Source: Candidatus Latescibacterota bacterium (GTDB taxonomy: Bacteria > Latescibacterota > UBA2968 > GCA-2709665). From it: DNA of 64,000 bases. The notes beneath the pieces were generated by a model. The model saw only the letters and a list, made by a program, of their open reading frames with translations. It made no database searches and was not told the DNA's origin. The stretch spans positions 2,176,001 through 2,240,000 of the forward strand of contig OZ244744.1 in NCBI GenBank assembly GCA_965219455.1, in the 5' to 3' direction. How positions within the stretch are numbered: the stretch's first letter is position 1; each line of letters starts with the position of its first letter. Positions 62,528 through 64,000 of this stretch are shown piece after piece. A program made the position numbers and the translations under genes.

Positions 62528-63073
62528 GTGAACCGGTTGCAGGGCAGGCATATTTTCCTGACCGGGTTCATGGCGACCGGCAAGAGCAAGATCGGGCCAA
62601 TTCTGGCGCAGCGCCTGGGTCGGGTATTTGTAGATACGGATGAGATGATCGTTGAGACGGCCGGTAAGTCGATACCCCGGATCTTCGCGGAAGACGGAGA
62701 GGCCGCATTCCGTCGTATCGAGCGCGGTTGCGTGGTGCGGGCGGGCGGGATGAGGGATGCCGTGATTGCTCTGGGTGGCGGCGCGGTCACACACGAGGAG
62801 AACTGGGATACGATTCGCGCATCCGGTGTGTGCCTGTGTCTGCGGGCATCTGCTGAGACCATCTTCATGCGCCTGCGCAGGGTGGAGGGTGAACGGCCGC
62901 TGATGGCCGGATTAAACGATGAAGATCGGATGGCAAAGATCCGGTCGATGCAGGCCGCCCGGGCGCCGTTTTACGAACGTGCGGATGTATTCGTGGAGTC
63001 GGCGGAGTGCCGTACGCTGGAAGAGACCGTTGAACTGGCAGTGTTGGCTTTGAAAGGCCTTGATTCGCAATAA
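62528..63073 (+). CDS. aroK: Shikimate kinase
   Basis: GFMATGKS, DTD, GEAAFR, LGGG, RPL. Confidence 0.95.
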   Translation: MNRLQGRHIFLTGFMATGKSKIGPILAQRLGRVFVDTDEMIVETAGKSIPRIFAEDGEAAFRRIERGCVVRAGGMRDAVIALGGGAVTHEENWDTIRASGVCLCLRASAETIFMRLRRVEGERPLMAGLNDEDRMAKIRSMQAARAPFYERADVFVESAECRTLEETVELAVLALKGLDSQ

Positions 63074-63122
63074 GGGCATTGGAAGGCCACTGCGTATGGA
63101 ATCTCAAGTCGTACAGAGCGGT

Positions 63123-64000
63123 ATGCAGACGGTGCAGGTCGATCTGGGCAGTCGCAGTTATCCGATCCTTATTGGACACGGGGTTCTGTCCGAATTCGGC
63201 GAGGCATACGCTGCGGCCGGGTTGGGTTCGACCGCGGCGGTGGTGACCAACCCGACAGTGGCGCCGCTCTACCTGGAGCCGGTCAGGGCCGGTCTGGAGG
63301 CGCGGGGTGTGGCCGTGAGGGTGGTGGAGATTCCGGATGGAGAGGAATTCAAGACCCTGGAGACGGCAGGTTGGATATATGGCGAACTGATTCAGGCCGG
63401 CCTGGATCGGCGCAGTTGTATTGTAACGCTGGGGGGCGGTGTTGTGGGCGATACGGCGGGATTCGTGGCGGCGACGTATCTGCGCGGAGTCGACTTCGTG
63501 CAGGTCCCCACCACCCTGGAGGCGCAGGTCGATGCCAGCGTGGGCGGGAAGACCGGAGTAGATCACCCGCTGGGTAAGAATATGATCGGGGCATTTTATC
63601 AGCCGAAGCTGGTTTATGTTGACACGGAAACGCTGATGACCCTGCCCAGGCGGGAGGTGGCTGCCGGGATGGCTGAGGTGATTAAACACGGATTGATCCG
63701 CGACGTGGGACTCGTGGAAGTCCTGGAAAAATCTATCGAGAATGTGGCGGATCTGGCGATAGGACCGGAACAGCTGGTGAGGTTAATCGCTCGAAACTGT
63801 CGCATTAAGGCCGACGTCGTGGCGGCGGATGAGACCGAGGCGGGATTGCGGGAAATCCTCAACTACGGTCACACGGTGGGACACGCGATAGAGGCGGAGA
63901 CGAATTACACGGTTTACAAACACGGAGAGGCCGTATTGTTGGGCATGCTCGCCGCTGGTAGAATCGGAGTCATCAAGGGGTTCTGGGAACCCGCGGAACT
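63123..64000 (+). CDS. aroB: 3-dehydroquinate synthase (runs off the window)
   Basis: Manual translation: MQTVQVDLGSRSYPI, DGEEFK, GGGVVGD, QVPTTL..QVDASVGGKTG, KNMIGAF, LNYGHT. Confidence 0.95.
   Translation, partial: MQTVQVDLGSRSYPILIGHGVLSEFGEAYAAAGLGSTAAVVTNPTVAPLYLEPVRAGLEARGVAVRVVEIPDGEEFKTLETAGWIYGELIQAGLDRRSCIVTLGGGVVGDTAGFVAATYLRGVDFVQVPTTLEAQVDASVGGKTGVDHPLGKNMIGAFYQPKLVYVDTETLMTLPRREVAAGMAEVIKHGLIRDVGLVEVLEKSIENVADLAIGPEQLVRLIARNCRIKADVVAADETEAGLREILNYGHTVGHAIEAETNYTVYKHGEAVLLGMLAAGRIGVIKGFWEPAE

Noticed and set aside
62370-62531. 53-codon ORF overlapping the aroK start (GTGA)
   Set aside because: No recognisable motif or control codons; cannot be distinguished from chance.

Overview
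High-GC bacterial chromosome segment, mostly housekeeping. The gene set suggests an FCB/Latescibacterota-like lineage (inference only). Left part: a metal-uptake locus (CxxC-type/RAPP leader ORF, His-motif lipoprotein, ZnuD-like TonB receptor), SDRs, TauD, queD/queC, yidD-lgt, an orphan MAD3-like ATPase, purH with a probable ZTP riboswitch, an ECF sigma/anti-sigma/HtrA-like operon, acs, CIRCE-groES-groEL, secA-nusB-rib genes, an S55 peptidase + beta-propeller pair and a frameshifted rlmH. Right part (44.5-64 kb): one co-oriented aromatic amino-acid supercluster (trpEGDCF, tyrS, DRE-TIM aldolase, trpBA, chorismate mutase, DAHP synthase, tyrA, aroA-like, aroE, ubiE/menG, argS, aroK, aroB). Main signals not in the ORF track: (1) a 35-codon Tyr/Phe/Trp-rich leader peptide with antiterminator/terminator heading the supercluster; (2) a full-length EPSP synthase homolog lacking nearly all catalytic residues; (3) a candidate ~245-nt sRNA with its own sigma70 promoter and anti-SD-like C-rich segments; (4) two TA-flanked MITE families that often sit on stop codons and share internal motifs; (5) a GC-skew/gene-orientation switch near 43.3 kb. 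All calls were made by eye; no database searches or folding programs were run.
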